Shown: piece after piece, positions 17,238-29,941 of the stretch
Layout of the letters: every line of letters starts with the position of its first letter
Position numbering within the stretch: the first letter of the stretch is position 1
DNA from: the human T2T-CHM13v2.0 reference genome, Homo sapiens
DNA: 64,000 nt
Direction: 5' to 3' (one strand)
Assembly (NCBI RefSeq): GCF_009914755.1
Contig: NC_060936.1
Position numbers and translations under genes: made by a program
Notes under the pieces: model-generated
The model's input: only the letters and a program-made list of their open reading frames with translations
Database searches by the model: none
Told to the model about the DNA's origin: nothing

Positions 17238-18856
17238 CTTTTAGCACTGGGGATTAATACTTAGCTGCAGTGGCTTGAACTGGGGCATAAGGGCATTCTA
17301 CTTGGAGGCAGAGGAATGATAACAATGACTTCTCCCTACCTTGCCAACTCACGCAGCCTCTGCCTCTAACTGGAATGTTTGTGCTCACCCTGGGCTACCG
17401 ATCTTCCAAAAAGGTGGGAGCAGGAACAGCAGCAGGGCCAGCAGAGCGGGGTCTGAGTGAGAATGTGCCTAGCTGTGAATCTGACTGCAAGCCAGTGCCC
17501 TCCAAAGAGAGATCTGCTGTTTGGACTTATCCACCCTGCTTCCCCCATTAGAGTCGAATTTATTGGCAAAATTGCTGAGACCCATTAAGAAAAGTGAATG
17601 AGAGGGGATCAGGAAGGGCGTGGAGGGGAGGAGTTTGAGGAGAGGGCGGTGAGGGGCAGGCGTGAGGTGTGGCAGAAACGAGGCCTCTACTCCAAGATCC
17701 GCCTGTGGGAGGTGTTGGTGGAGGTCTGGATGATCTGCACGCGCGAGGATCCGCGGCCGCTTCTGCCGCTCCCTCCGTAGCTCCCGCCACCGCCGCCGCA
17801 GCCGCTGCCATAACCGCCTCCACTCCCGCCTCGTGCCCCGCCTCCGCGGTAGCTTCTTCCGCCGCCATAGCCCCCACCGCTGCCGCCGCCGTAGCCTCCT
17901 GAGCCGTAGCTGCCGCCGCCTCCCGCGCCGCCGTTGACGCTCACCTGGCTGTTCTGCACGGCTGTGGGTAGGGGACAGTGCACACGGGGTCAGAGGGACC
18001 GGGCAAGGCCCCCACCTGCACCCGCCCCTGCACCTGCAGCCTCCTCCATCCTCGATCACCCGTGGCATCGACTTGCAAACCCCATACATTGAAAATTGAA
18101 AGTGTTCCTACTTGAAAAGTATTCTTCATACTACAAAGGGATGCCAGGGTTCCTCTCAGCAACACACTTACATTGTTTATTGAATATGTACCCTAAAGAG
18201 TTCTAGCCGCTGCTGATTCCTCCTAGGCATCATTTAATAAAAAGGCATCATAACAATTAAGATAAGCAGACCTGAAATCATAACCATTTATTTCAAATGA
18301 ATTCTTCCAGGCTTTGCCATTACACTTGCTTACTTTGGTGTCTATTGCACAGGACTGGAAGCTAAAATGCCAGACTTTCCGTTCTCTGCTGGCCACCTCC
18401 TGGCCCTCCCTCCACCCAGCACCACCAGCCTCTCTCTGCCCCTGGGCTCTGCTACTTACAGATGCTCACATGGCTCTGCAGCTCTCCTGACATCCTGTAA
18501 AACCAAAGCACACGGTCAGCCAGACCCACAGGGCCTGAGGAGAGAAGGCTGTGGCCCACAGACATCTGGATCAGAGGTGTCCCCAAGCCTTAGGGAAATG
18601 TGTGTGCATGAGCAGAGGTCAGGAAGCCAGTGGGGCAGAGAGAAATTTCAGGGTTTTCATGAAGCCTTTTAGCATTGGGGGTGAATACCCAGCTGCAGAG
18701 GCTTGGATTGGGGTATAAGGACATTCTACTTGGAGGTGGAGGAATGATAACAATGACTTCTCCCTATGTGAAGAGGCTTGTCCATTCACACAGCCTCTGC
18801 CTCTAATTGGAATGTTTCTGCTCACCCTGGGCTACCAATCTTCCCAAAAAGGTGGG
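17238..18856 (+). repeat. Local direct repeat: copies at 17238-17418 (3' UTR) and 18666-18856 (intron 7)
   Basis: Shared blocks CATTCTACTTGGAGG, GAGGAATGATAACAATGACTTCTCCCTA, CAGCCTCTGCCTCTAA, TGCTCACCCTGGGCTACC and AAAAAGGTGGG. Confidence 0.92.
17559..17564 (-). terminator. KRT77: KRT77 proximal candidate polyadenylation signal AATAAA
   Basis: tttatt on + ~125 nt after the stop codon. Confidence 0.5.
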
Positions 18857-21800
18857 GCTTATCTTTTCTCCAAATAGCCAGTCCCACAGCTTCATGGGTG
18901 CATCTCAAGCCTTAGCCCCAGAAACACAGCTGCCAGACCCACCTGCTCTCCTCGCCCTCCAGCAGCTGGCGGTAGGTGGCGATCTCCACATCCAGGGACA
19001 GCTTGACCCCCAGCATGGCCTGGTAGTCACGCAGCAGCCGGGCCAGCTCCTCCTTGGACTGCTGCAGGGCCTCCTCCAGGTCCTGCAGCTTCTGCCACGC
19101 ATCCTGGAGGGCCTGCTCGCCTCTCTCCTCAGCATCCGAAATGAGTGACTGCATCTGTTCAATCTGCTCCAGAGACAGTTGGAGACCATTTAATGGTTAA
19201 GTTTCCAGAGCTCGATCTGGCAGGGCATTGTAGGAGGTGCAGGGCTTGGTCAGCCCTCCCTAAGCACCCGTCCCACCTGCTTCTTCACGTTGCTGATCTC
19301 TGCCTGCAGCCTCTGGACGGTGCGGTTGAGCTCTGCAATCTCCATCTTGCTGTTCTTCAGGTCGTCTCCATGTCTCCCTGCCATGATCTGGAGCTCCTGG
19401 TACTGGGGCCAAAGGCAGCATCATAGTCAGCATGTGCTGCCCACCACAAGCCCCTCCAGGAGGGAGTAGGTCTGGGCTGCTCTCCCCTGGGAGATTCCCA
19501 CCCACCTTGCACTGTGGTCACCCCTACATGCATACTCACAGCTATACCAAACCTCCCTCACCCAGGCTGCAAACACATGTATACATGCACACACTCACAC
19601 TATCCCAAGCCTCCCGCATTCCCACCAGTCTCTGGGCAGACTCTCATCCCAGCCAGACAAACCTGCTTTGTGATGCCCTTTCTACCACCTTTTCACACAT
19701 CTAAGCCTTCACGTTGGTCCTTACCCACACTGAGACCCCCTCACTCTTTCCACCCACCATATAGCTTCCCACCCTTTTCCAGGATGATCTCCCTAGCAGT
19801 CAAGCAGGACCTCATGTCCTCAGAGGCCCTCCATTGGCTCCACGTTCAGTCTCATTTCCCCTCCATCTCTGTTTCTGTCTCTGTATTGCCCCATTAGTCA
19901 GAACTCCACCCCCAGGACAGGGCTCTGAAGTGGGTAGGAGAAGCATCGACTCAAGGGAATCTGCACTCTGCTATTTTTCACTGTTGGCCATCTGCTTCCT
20001 AGTCTAATGTCGAAATCCATTCCACCCCAGAACACTGTGCAGGACCATGGGACAGAGGTCAGCCAGGATTGGAGTTGGCCACAGATCATCCTCAAAGCCA
20101 GTCATCAATGCTAGTTGTTCAGAATTTAGTGACTGGACTGTCAGCCACGCCCTTTCAACCAGAGGCTTCACCATCCAAAAAGATCCAGGTCAGTTTATGG
20201 AAAAGAAGTAACCAAAGATGTGCCCAACAACTTAGCCACAAAGGAGTTGATCTAATAAGGGAGGGTGTAGTCTAACAATATAATACCAGGCTGTTAAAAA
20301 TGCGGCAGGTTATTTAGTGTCACAGAAAAGTATCCATATGTGTTAAGTAAAAGAGAAAGTATAGCCTGGCCAACATGGCAAAACCCTGCCACTACTAAAA
20401 ATACAAAAATTAGCTTGGTGTAGTGGCGCGTGCCTGTAATCCCAGCTACTCAGGAGGCTGAGGCAGGAGAATCACTTGGACCCAGGAGGCGGAGTTTGTA
20501 GTGAACTGATATCAGGCCACTGCACTCCAGCCTGGGAGATAGAGTGAGTTTCCATCTCAAAAAAAAAAAAAGTAAAAAAAATATATTTTAATAGATACCA
20601 TTATGAAAAAAGAATAAAAATCATTCTAGTGGTGAGGGGAATGGGTTTGTAGACACAAACCCAATTTTAATTAAGCTCTGGCTCTGCCATTTACTAGCTA
20701 CAAGGCATTAGGGAAATTAAGTAATCTCACACACTACTATTATAAAATGGTGATAACGAAATTCTTACCTCATTGGTTGTTGTAAGGACTGAATGAAATA
20801 ATAATAAATAAGTAAAGCACTTTGTGCAGTGCCTAACACATATGAGTTCTCAATAAACATTATTGGGTTTTTGCAAAAGTAATTGCAGTTCTCGTCATTA
20901 CTTTTAATGGCGAGAACCGCAATCACTTTTCCACTAGCCTAATAGCGACAAAGAACTGGTAGAAGAGATATTAACATATTAATAGCGGTAGTGAGAGATG
21001 GGTAATCTTTACATGTAATTTCTAGAATTTGTATAACAAACACATTTTACTTCAGAAATAAGAGAAAGACAATGCAATAAGAGAAAGACAATTCTGGGAA
21101 GAATCTGTTTTTCTGGGCACCAGATCTGGGGGCCACGCCCACCTTGGTCTGGTACAGGGCTTCGGCCTCGTCCTTGCTCCTCTGTGCAATCAGTTCATAC
21201 TGGGTCCGCACTGCATCGATGATGCTGTCCAGGTCCAGGGAACGGTTATTGTCCATGGACAGGATGACGTTGGTGTCGCTGATGTGAGTCTGCACCTGAG
21301 ACAGCTCCTGCGAGGCATGGCGCACAGGCTGACTCCTTCCATTCTCCTCTGGGGGCCTCAGTTTTCCTCTGCTGCTCCCTCAAGGCTCTCGGGGGAAGCC
21401 AGAAGCCTGGGCCAGGTAGTCTTGGGAAAAGCTCTTGGAATTGTTGTGTGCAATGAGAGATAATAGGGAGAGTCTTAACTGCCTCCAGGGAGAAGGAAGG
21501 AGCCTAAACCTGGAGCGTTCAGATACCATCTCCCCATCACACTTCTCCTGCAGCTGCCACTCTGCCTTGCTCTGACTTGGCCACCATAGTGAGCTGGGCT
21601 CCTTGGCAGGCATGCCTCTTCCTTGAAACCACATGAGTACTCCGAGGCAGTAGAATGGACTCTAGTTAAGGAGTCACTTGGACTCACTTTTGAGTCTTGG
21701 CTGTACCATTGACTAGCTAGGTAATGAAGCAAGTAATTTAACCCCTCAGTGCCTCAGTTTTCCCATCTGTAGAATGGAGATACCCATAACATAAACTTCT

Positions 21801-24800
21801 AACACAGCATCTGGCCCAGAGCACGTACCCCCAAGTTAGACACAGGCAAAAGAGGGCCGGGTGGTGGAGTGTTTGATCCCCCATCACTAAGGTCAGGTTC
21901 CACTCCCTTTGAGACTCACACTGTCACCTCCCACAGAGTTTCCTAACAGCTCCATCAACTCCCCAGAATTAATGAAGATTTCTGGTTGGTTTTGCCCCTT
22001 ATATGTCTGGGTGATTTCCCAGACAGATTGGAAGCCATGAACCAGGGACACATTCGCCTCCACCTAACTCAGGATTCTCCCAGCCTTCCATCTTCATTAC
22101 CCCAACCTGGGGATTCTGAGGATTGGGGTGGAGAGGACGGCTGACTCCAGGCCCACAGAGTTGGGGTACCTGGGGAGATGAGTCCCTAGTGGGTAGTGTT
22201 GGGTTTCAGGCCTCCCCTCTTACAGCCCATACTCCTTGTGAGATGTGAGAAAAGAAAGGAGGTTCTTATAAAGGCTTAACTCACCGTCAAAAATAAATAT
22301 TTCAAGAAATTGACCTCCCCAGTCAGAGTGTCCACCCTGGACTCCAGGTCCACTTTGCTCACATAAGCAGCATCCACATCCTGAATAGCAGGCAGAAACA
22401 GTTTGACTTTATTGCCCAGGCATTGCCTGCCACCAGCTCACTGGCTGGCTCAGGCGAGTGGCAGAGCCACTCTAGGTTTATTTCCTTACTTAAAAAATTC
22501 ATCACCGCACTCGAATAAGGGACCCACAAGTCCTGGCTTTCCTAGCCAGAAGGAGATGTGACACCAACCTCCACATCCCAGTCAGTCACAACCAACACCC
22601 CAGGTCCTTCCTTAGGTCCCAAGGCTACAGGTAACTGACACTCAAAAGCTGTCATTTCACTTCATTTCACTTTCAGGACCCCAGAGAGATACGAACTCAA
22701 GGCTTCCTGAAGAGTCATTATCAGTGTCAGTTCCAATGTAAGGGCCCCGCATTCAGGCATCATACACAGCAAGCCGGCCGTAGAGGCCACCCTGCCGTTG
22801 TCACAGAGCATCCCATAGGGATTCCTCACTCCCCTCAGCCTCCTGGGTCCACAGCCACCCTCAGGACTCCCCTTTCCCTCACCTTCTTCAGGACGACAAA
22901 GTCATTCTCGCTGCCAGTTCTCTTGTTGATTTCATCCTCATACCTGTCAGGCGAGGCAAAGGAGCACAGAAAGGCTGCAGGCTGACCTTGGCTCCCTGAG
23001 GTCCCTCCTTACAGCAGAAAGCTTGGAATTCCCCAAACATTTGCTGTCCTGGGTTCAGAGAACCCTGCTCAAGGTGCTGGCTGTCCATTCCCAGAGGCTG
23101 GCACTCTCATGGATGAGGGCAGAGCCAACTCCTAGGTCTGTGGGCCAACAGAGGGGACCCCGGGCCAACATGGAAAACCCAGAGCCACAGAGAAGGTCCC
23201 TGGAATGTCTATTTTTATTTTGATGTTTTACCTTTGTAAATGTGTCAAACTCATTCATTCCTTAAAACTGAGAACATGAAATAACAACCACTTTTACTAA
23301 ATATTTTTGAAGAGAAAAAATTTAATCTACATTTCTGTACCCCACCCCCCACCAGCACCTCCAGTGTGGATTTCACTTTTCCCTCGTTGATTCACACACA
23401 CTTGGATCTCTACTGGCACGACACAGTAAGCATGCCAAGGTGATGGGAGAGAAGCACCCTGCACCCCACATGGGGAAGAAGAGGGAGGGAGAGGCTCTGC
23501 TGCCTGCACGGCTCAGGAGCAGCTGATCTGGAATTCGACAACTCCCGTCACCCCTACTGTTTATAGTCATAATAACAAGGGTTTATTGACTGCTAGGGGT
23601 GTACAGCCACAATACTAAGAACTTATTAAGCATCATTTCATTCAAACCAGCAGTTCTCAAAGTGTGGTCCCCAATCCACAAGCATCAGCATCACTTGGAA
23701 ACATGTTAGAAGTACAAACACTCTTGCTGCATCCCATATCTGCTGAATCAAAAACTCAGGGGGCAGAGCCCAGCAATCTGATTCCAGCAAACAGATGCAT
23801 GCTCAAGTCTGAGAACCACAGATCTACCCACAACAATCCAACAAGGAAGGTTCTTGCTATTCCCACATTACTAATGTGAACACTAGAAACTTAAAAAGAT
23901 GAATTTGTAAGCAGCTAGTAAGTGGCAGAGGCCACACTGGAAATCAGGCTTACTTGGTTTCAACATCCATGAAGCTATCCTGCCCCTCCCCACCCAATGC
24001 AATTGACAGCTGGCTGCCAATATCATTCTACCCGGGTTGCCACATACAAAACAGCGCCTCCTGCAGTTGTGCAGTGCAGAGCCTGCATGCCCCGCCCCCC
24101 ACCCTTACACACAAACACTGAAGCCGAATGTCTTGCCCCTGTGACCAGTTTCCGGCCATGCTTCTCCCCTGTTTTGCCCTGCCTGGAGTCTCACTTGCTC
24201 TTGTAGTCCTCCACGACATCCTGCATGCTCCTGACCTCCGCGTTCTGGCGCATCTGCTCCGCACTGAGCAAATCCACCTGCCTCCGCAGGTCACAGATGT
24301 AGTTCTCCAAGAGGGGCTCCAGGTTGTTGGTTCCAGTTGAGGTGTTCACCTGCTGCAGCAACTCCCATTTTGTTTGTAGCACCTGGTTCTGCTGCTCCAG
24401 GAATCGCACCTAAGAGCAAGAGACCCCAGTCCACCCCAGGCCATGGATCAGAGCAGCTTCCCCATAAGTAGGAGCATCCATACCCCCTCAACACATCCAG
24501 ACCTCAGAGAATCAGGATGGCTCCTCCAAGGGTCAGAGAGCTTCCTTTTCTCGGGATTGAGACACACAGAGGGCAATGTGGTTTCTGACTGCCAATGGCT
24601 GTAAGGTCAACTTGCCTAAAATTGACACTAAGCTCACTCTGGTTTTGAAGGTAAATCACCTCCTTCATTTACATCATAGAGCACTCACCCTCCACACTCA
24701 ATTTATCCATGCCAACGTAAGGAAATGGTGTTTCGGAGCATCTGAGACACTGATGACCCCAAGGTTCCTTTCTCTTTGTGGTCAAAATGCATTATGTGAT

Positions 24801-27800
24801 AGAGGAGAGGAAGAAAGAAAAAGAGAGAAGGATCAATTTGGCTTAGAACATTAAACTAATTCCTGAGCACACTTGCTTGGGTGCCCCTGCCCTGCAGCCA
24901 CCACCACCTCTGCTGTCTGCCGGGATGTTTGTCAGGAAAGTAACTCATTTAAATGCTTTTATAATGCAGACAGAATTTTTAAGGCAAATGTCCTCATTTT
25001 TTAAAAGTCTAATGCATTCAAGTGCCCCAAAGTGAGGACTTTGGGTTGTCAGGTGTTTGAGAACTACCCACTTGCTATTTCCCGGGAAATGGAGAGTGGA
25101 CATCACCCAATATTTTCACCACCTCTTCTCCCAAAACTGTGGATATGGAGGTAAGATGCGGGGCCCAGGGAGGCGGCTGGCTGTGCAAAGTGTGCGGCTT
25201 GTCCTTGGCATGGTAATGACCAGCCTCCACCTTTCCTCAGCCAGGTAGACACTGTGGAGCCTCTGCTCCAGTGCCCTGATAGCAGCAGTGATGCTGCCTC
25301 CAGACTTTGCTCGGCCGCATGCAGGCGCACACGCCCAAAAACACACACCCTCCAGAATCCTGCTTCCTCCTCTGGGCACCATGTAAAGGGGCAAACCCAC
25401 TGCTTTGTGTGGTCAGAACGGAACCCTGAAGACACTCCCCTACCACGTGACACTAGTGAGGGTCCTCCAAATCCCCCGGCCCTTGAGACTCCGCCCCTCT
25501 GAGGGGCCAACCCTGGTTAGCTCCCTTTGGATTCTGACTCTAGGCTGGAAAATGTTTGCAGACAACACAACCTCCCATGGCTCATTTTTGCTCACCTTAT
25601 CAAAGCAAGAGATTAGGCAAGCAGCTCTCCCAGGCTTGTCAGCACAGCTCACAACACCGTGAGAAATTCCTGCCACTCTCTATTTTTACTCTGTGGTGGC
25701 ACTCCCAGGGAGTGAAGAAATCAATTCAGGACTCATTCACTGCACTCAGTGGCAGTGGCATTGTGGGGACCAAAAGAAAGAATCCTGTGGTCCCATGGAG
25801 AGTCTCCACATAAAACAATGAGGGAGCAGTGACACAACTCTGGGTGCTCTGGCTTTAGCCCAGGTACCCATCCGCAATATCCAGGAGCTCATAGAAGACA
25901 CTGTGGTTCTCATCAGGCCACCCAAACTGCAAAGGCAGAGTCTGGATGCAGGGAGTGCCTTAACCACTAGAACAATCAGTAAAAGCCACTGTGTTTTTCC
26001 CCAGGTTCCCCAAAACACTCCTGGTCTGTGTCCCACCAGCAAAACTCAAGGGCAGCTCAGCTAGCACCGATGGAATGAGGCATGCTGCTGAGCAACCTTC
26101 TCGCCCACCCTCTGCTTCAGTGCTCCTCCCCTGCACAGGGACCTCCCAGTGCCCTCAGCACCCCAGGTCTCCTCAACTCTTTGCCCAGCAAACTCCTGCT
26201 CATCCTTTAGACCTCAGCTGAGGTGGCATCCCACCAGTGTGTCCCCTTTGCAGCCCCTTGTTCCTTGCCTTTCTAGATCTGTTGAGACTTGCAGTCATGT
26301 GACAGTGTGTGAGCATCTCTCTCCCGGGCTGCACTGGACCCCATGAGGGCAGGCCTATGTCTACTTTGTTCTCCAGGGGACACAGTGGACCCATGGACAC
26401 ACAATGCCCAACACGGAGAAGACAAAAAGTGTCATGCACTCATGAAGTGCAAAAGGTTTTAGAACTGCCTGCTGGTGTGGGCTATCCAGGCCACTCACCA
26501 CTCTTAGCATAGAGGTCCAAGGGTCAGCTGATCAAGGCCAGGCCAGTGTCCCAGGGGTAAGAGCTGAAACCCTCCTTTCCTTTCTGAGGCCCTGTCCCCT
26601 TGTCATTGGTTCTAGAAAGCCTTTGGCTCCATTTCCACTCTCTGAGCGTCCAGCACTGACCCCTGAGGGGCTGACCCAATTTGTCATCCGGTTTCTATTT
26701 ATTGAGCAATTCTCATATGTCAGGCACTATTCTGGGTGCTAGGGATTTGGTAATAAAAAAAACAGGCAAAATCCCTGCTTTCCAGGAGTTTGCATTCTAT
26801 TTAGAGAGATTACTATAAAGAAATAATCATGTAAAAAATACAGTGCCTCAGATGGCTGCAGGGACTATGGAGTCACACAGGGCCGGGGCATAGGAACACT
26901 GAAGTGGTGGTCAGGGAAGGCCCCACTGAAACTGTGGCATCTGAGCAAAGACCCACAGAAGGTGAGGGAGGAAGGTGGGCCTCTCTCTCGGGGGAAGAGT
27001 TCCATGCAGAGGGAATGGTAGGTGCAAAGACCTTGAGACAGAACTGAGCCTTGGATGCTGGTGAGCAAGAAGAGAGCAGGAGAGGAGGCAGAGGGGCACA
27101 GGAGGCTGCAGACAACAATGAGTTGGAAGCCTGGGGGCTGTTTTCCAGGCCTCACTCTGCTTACTAGCCATTGTATCCCGAAAGCTGTTCCACCCAGTGA
27201 GGGCAACGTGGCCTGATTCCACAAATGCAAGTGTGGGCTTAGCAGCAGCTGCGGGTTGAAGGGCAAGTAATATAGGGCCTTGTAGGACTTGGGCTTTTCT
27301 TTCAGTCGAGACAAGAAGCCACTGGAGGATTCAAATGGAGGAGTGTCGTGACATGCTTTTAAAGGATGGCTCTGCTGTGGTGTCAAGTATAGGCTATACA
27401 GGGTCAAGGGTGAAAGCAGGAAGACCAGTTTGGAAAGCAGAGTCAGAAGTCACCTGTCATAGAAGCCTTCTTCCTTCCAGCCAGGCCACAGCCCACCTGG
27501 CTGAGAAGCCTCTCCTCATAGTCATCATAGGCCATGCCCTTCGAAGGACAGGAGGCCCAGGTCTCTTGCACCCTAGCCTCTGCCCACTGCCCTATGCCAT
27601 GCAACTGGACAGACCCTGTTCATGGCAGGGGCCATAATCAGATGAGCCTCAGGAGGTCAGTTGCCAGTGGCCTGTGGTCATTTCCCAGCCCTTTCTCCTC
27701 CCTGCTCCTCTCTTGGCCCAGCCGTGACCTCCGAGTAGTGACTCCTTGCTCCAGTGAAACCCTCTAACCCCTGCCTTTGCCTGAAGCGTGGTGATACTCA

Positions 27801-29038
27801 GCCAAATTTCCCACGCAGCATGATCGGAAGCCACGGGAGCACGCTGCTGTGTTGCGCTCCTCTTCGGCAGCCTCTGGGCCTCAGCACTCTCACCCTCCTC
27901 CGCCCGCTCACACACTGTCCCATCCCCAGCATCTGCTCAGATATCAGAGGCCTGCCCTGCCACCCAGCATGGCCTCTAGCCACAGCTACCCTGCAGTCAG
28001 GCCACAGGTCAAGCTCTGGCCTCAGCACTGAACTCCTGTGGGGACTGAGGGAAAGTCACTGAGTGTGCAAGCGGCCTTGGTGCTCTGTGGGGCTTCCCAC
28101 TGCATCCCTGAAGGCAAAGTTCCTCCTGGGGAGGTGCTAGTGGCCGCTGTGCCTCGACCTCCAGACAAAAGGAGATGCTGGAGGGAGGTCTTCACCATGG
28201 CGAGTTCTCCAGCCTCTGCTGCTGCTTTGGACCTAATCTGAAGTTTCAACAGGGAACTAGGGACAGGGGCTTCTGTGTCTCCATCTGGCCCATCCTTGGC
28301 CCTTGATGAGCCAAAAGGGGAAACTCAGACAGAACCCTACATTGCACGCTATTGACTTTAGCCCCAAGAGATACCCACCACCAGGGCATTCACCATGCCC
28401 TGCCTGCTTCTCCTGCCCTGGCTCTGTGGCTTCATCTCCACTTCTCTCCTCCACCCCTTGGTATCCCATTTTCTCCAGGAATTGTAACTGTTTGAAATTC
28501 CCTAAACGCGTCACGCTTTCATGCCTCCTGGTCCTTCTGCCTGAAAATCCCCTCTGCCCTGAGAACCCATTTAACTCGTGCTCACTTCGGCAGCACATAT
28601 ACTAAAATTAGAACCCATTTAACTTTTCATCCGCCTTCCAGACTCAGCAAGCAGAGCTCATGACACCCTCCTTTGAGCTACCATGGCCCAGAGAGTACTA
28701 CCCCTATTGACACACTTCACATACACTGTAGTAATTCTCTCCCCTTTAGACGTGGGCTCCTTGATGGCAGGACCTGTGTCCTAGTCACCTGTAGCACCTG
28801 GCACGATGTCTGGCCTATCATAGATTCTTAGAAAATATTTGTGGGCTAGATGGGTGGATGGATGCATGAGTGGATAGTTGAATGGATTGATGGATGAGTG
28901 AATGAACAGATGAACACGTGTGTGTGTGTGCATGTGTGTGTGTGTGTGTATAAATGGATTGTGTGGATGGGTGGGTGGATGGATGGATGGACGGAAGGGT
29001 GGATAGTTGGGTGGATTGATGAATAAGTGAATGGATGG

Positions 29039-29077
<39 letters not shown>

Positions 29078-29941
29078 AATGGATTGTGTGGATGGGGATG
29101 GATGGATGGGTGCATGGGTGGATGGGTGGATGGAAAGTGAATAATTATGAATGAGAATGAGGGTACTACACCATGTATCTGTTGAGTATTTTAACACTGC
29201 TTATCTCCTTTCCTGCCAAAAGGAAAAGATAGAATTAAATCCCTGCAAGAAGACAAATTGAAGCCCAAATGGGTAAATGATTTTCTAAGGTCCCAGGTCA
29301 AGCTGAAACAGCACGATGTGGTGAGAGGTGGTAAGGTGTAATCTCTCTCAGTCATTTGGTCAGTGACCAATGACCCTCCCTGCCCCTGAGGTGCTCACCT
29401 TGTCAATGAAGGAGGCAAACTTGTTGTTGAGAACCATAATCTGCTCCCGCTCCTGGGTCTTGATCCTCTGAATTTCAGGGTCCACCTCCAGGTGAAGTGG
29501 CTCTAGGAGGCTCTGGTTAATGGTCACCTCTTGGATGCCCCCAGGAGGACAATAAGGACCAAAGCCCCCAAGCCCAAAATTGCTAGTCCCAAATCCAGCA
29601 CCCCCAAAACCACCTCCTCCAAAGCCACCAGCCCCAGTGCTGCCAACCCCAAAGCCTCTGCCCCCTCCAAATCCCCCTACTCCCCCACCCTGGCAGAAAC
29701 CACTGGTGCTCCTCCCCATTAGATTAATGGAGATGCTTCTACTGCCACCCAGATTGTAGAGGCTCCTAGAGCCAAACCCCCTTCCATGGATCCCATATCC
29801 ACCACCACCACACCTCCCTCGAGCATAACACACAGAACCCACTGCCGGACTCCCACCACCAGAGCCTGCAGAAGAGCTGGTACTATAAACCCGCCTGCTC
29901 ATTGAACTAAACGCGGACTGAGAACTAAATTGGTGGCTCAT
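17687..29941 (-). CDS. KRT77: Keratin 77 (type II cytoskeletal 1b), 9 coding exons, 578 aa
   Basis: Exons: 29399-29941 (543), 24195-24409 (215), 22883-22943 (61), 22285-22380 (96), 21143-21307 (165), 19277-19402 (126), 18943-19163 (221), 18460-18494 (35), 17687-17961 (275); total 1737 nt. Starts [19 protein letters not shown], has [15 protein letters not shown], ends [12 protein letters not shown]. Confidence 0.98.
20364..20571 (+). mobile_element. Alu (AluS-like), 5'-truncated
   Basis: GCCTGGCCAACATGG...A-rich linker, right arm and poly(A). Confidence 0.9.
20863..20942. mobile_element. MADE1 palindromic MITE (Hsmar1 derivative)
   Basis: 80-bp hairpin ...GCAAAAGTAATTGC...CATTACTTTTAATGG...GCAATCACTTTT...CCTAA flanked by TA duplications. 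Confidence 0.9.
23648..23821. mobile_element. MER5-family hAT DNA transposon nested in a MIR
   Basis: TIR-like ends CAGCAGTTCTCAAAGTGTGGTCC and AAGTCTGAGAACCACAG, internal GCATCAGCATCACTTGG. Confidence 0.8.
26690..27430. mobile_element. L2 LINE fragment
   Basis: TTATTGAGCA...GTCAGGCACTATTCTGGGTGCT, GTGGTCAGGGAAGGCC and AAGCCACTGGAGG motifs. Confidence 0.65.
28578..28609 (+). pseudogene. 3'-truncated, tailless U6 snRNA retrocopy with 15-bp TSD
   Basis: GTGCTCACTTCGGCAGCACATATACTAAAATT matches U6 nt 1-32 with one CpG transition; flanked by AGAACCCATTTAACT at 28562-28576 and 28610-28624. Confidence 0.93.
28848..29135 (+). repeat. Compound (TGGA)n/(TG)n microsatellite with internal block duplication
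   Basis: GATG/GGAT runs, two (TG)n runs, GTGTGTATAAATGGATTGTGTGGATGG present twice. Confidence 0.9.
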
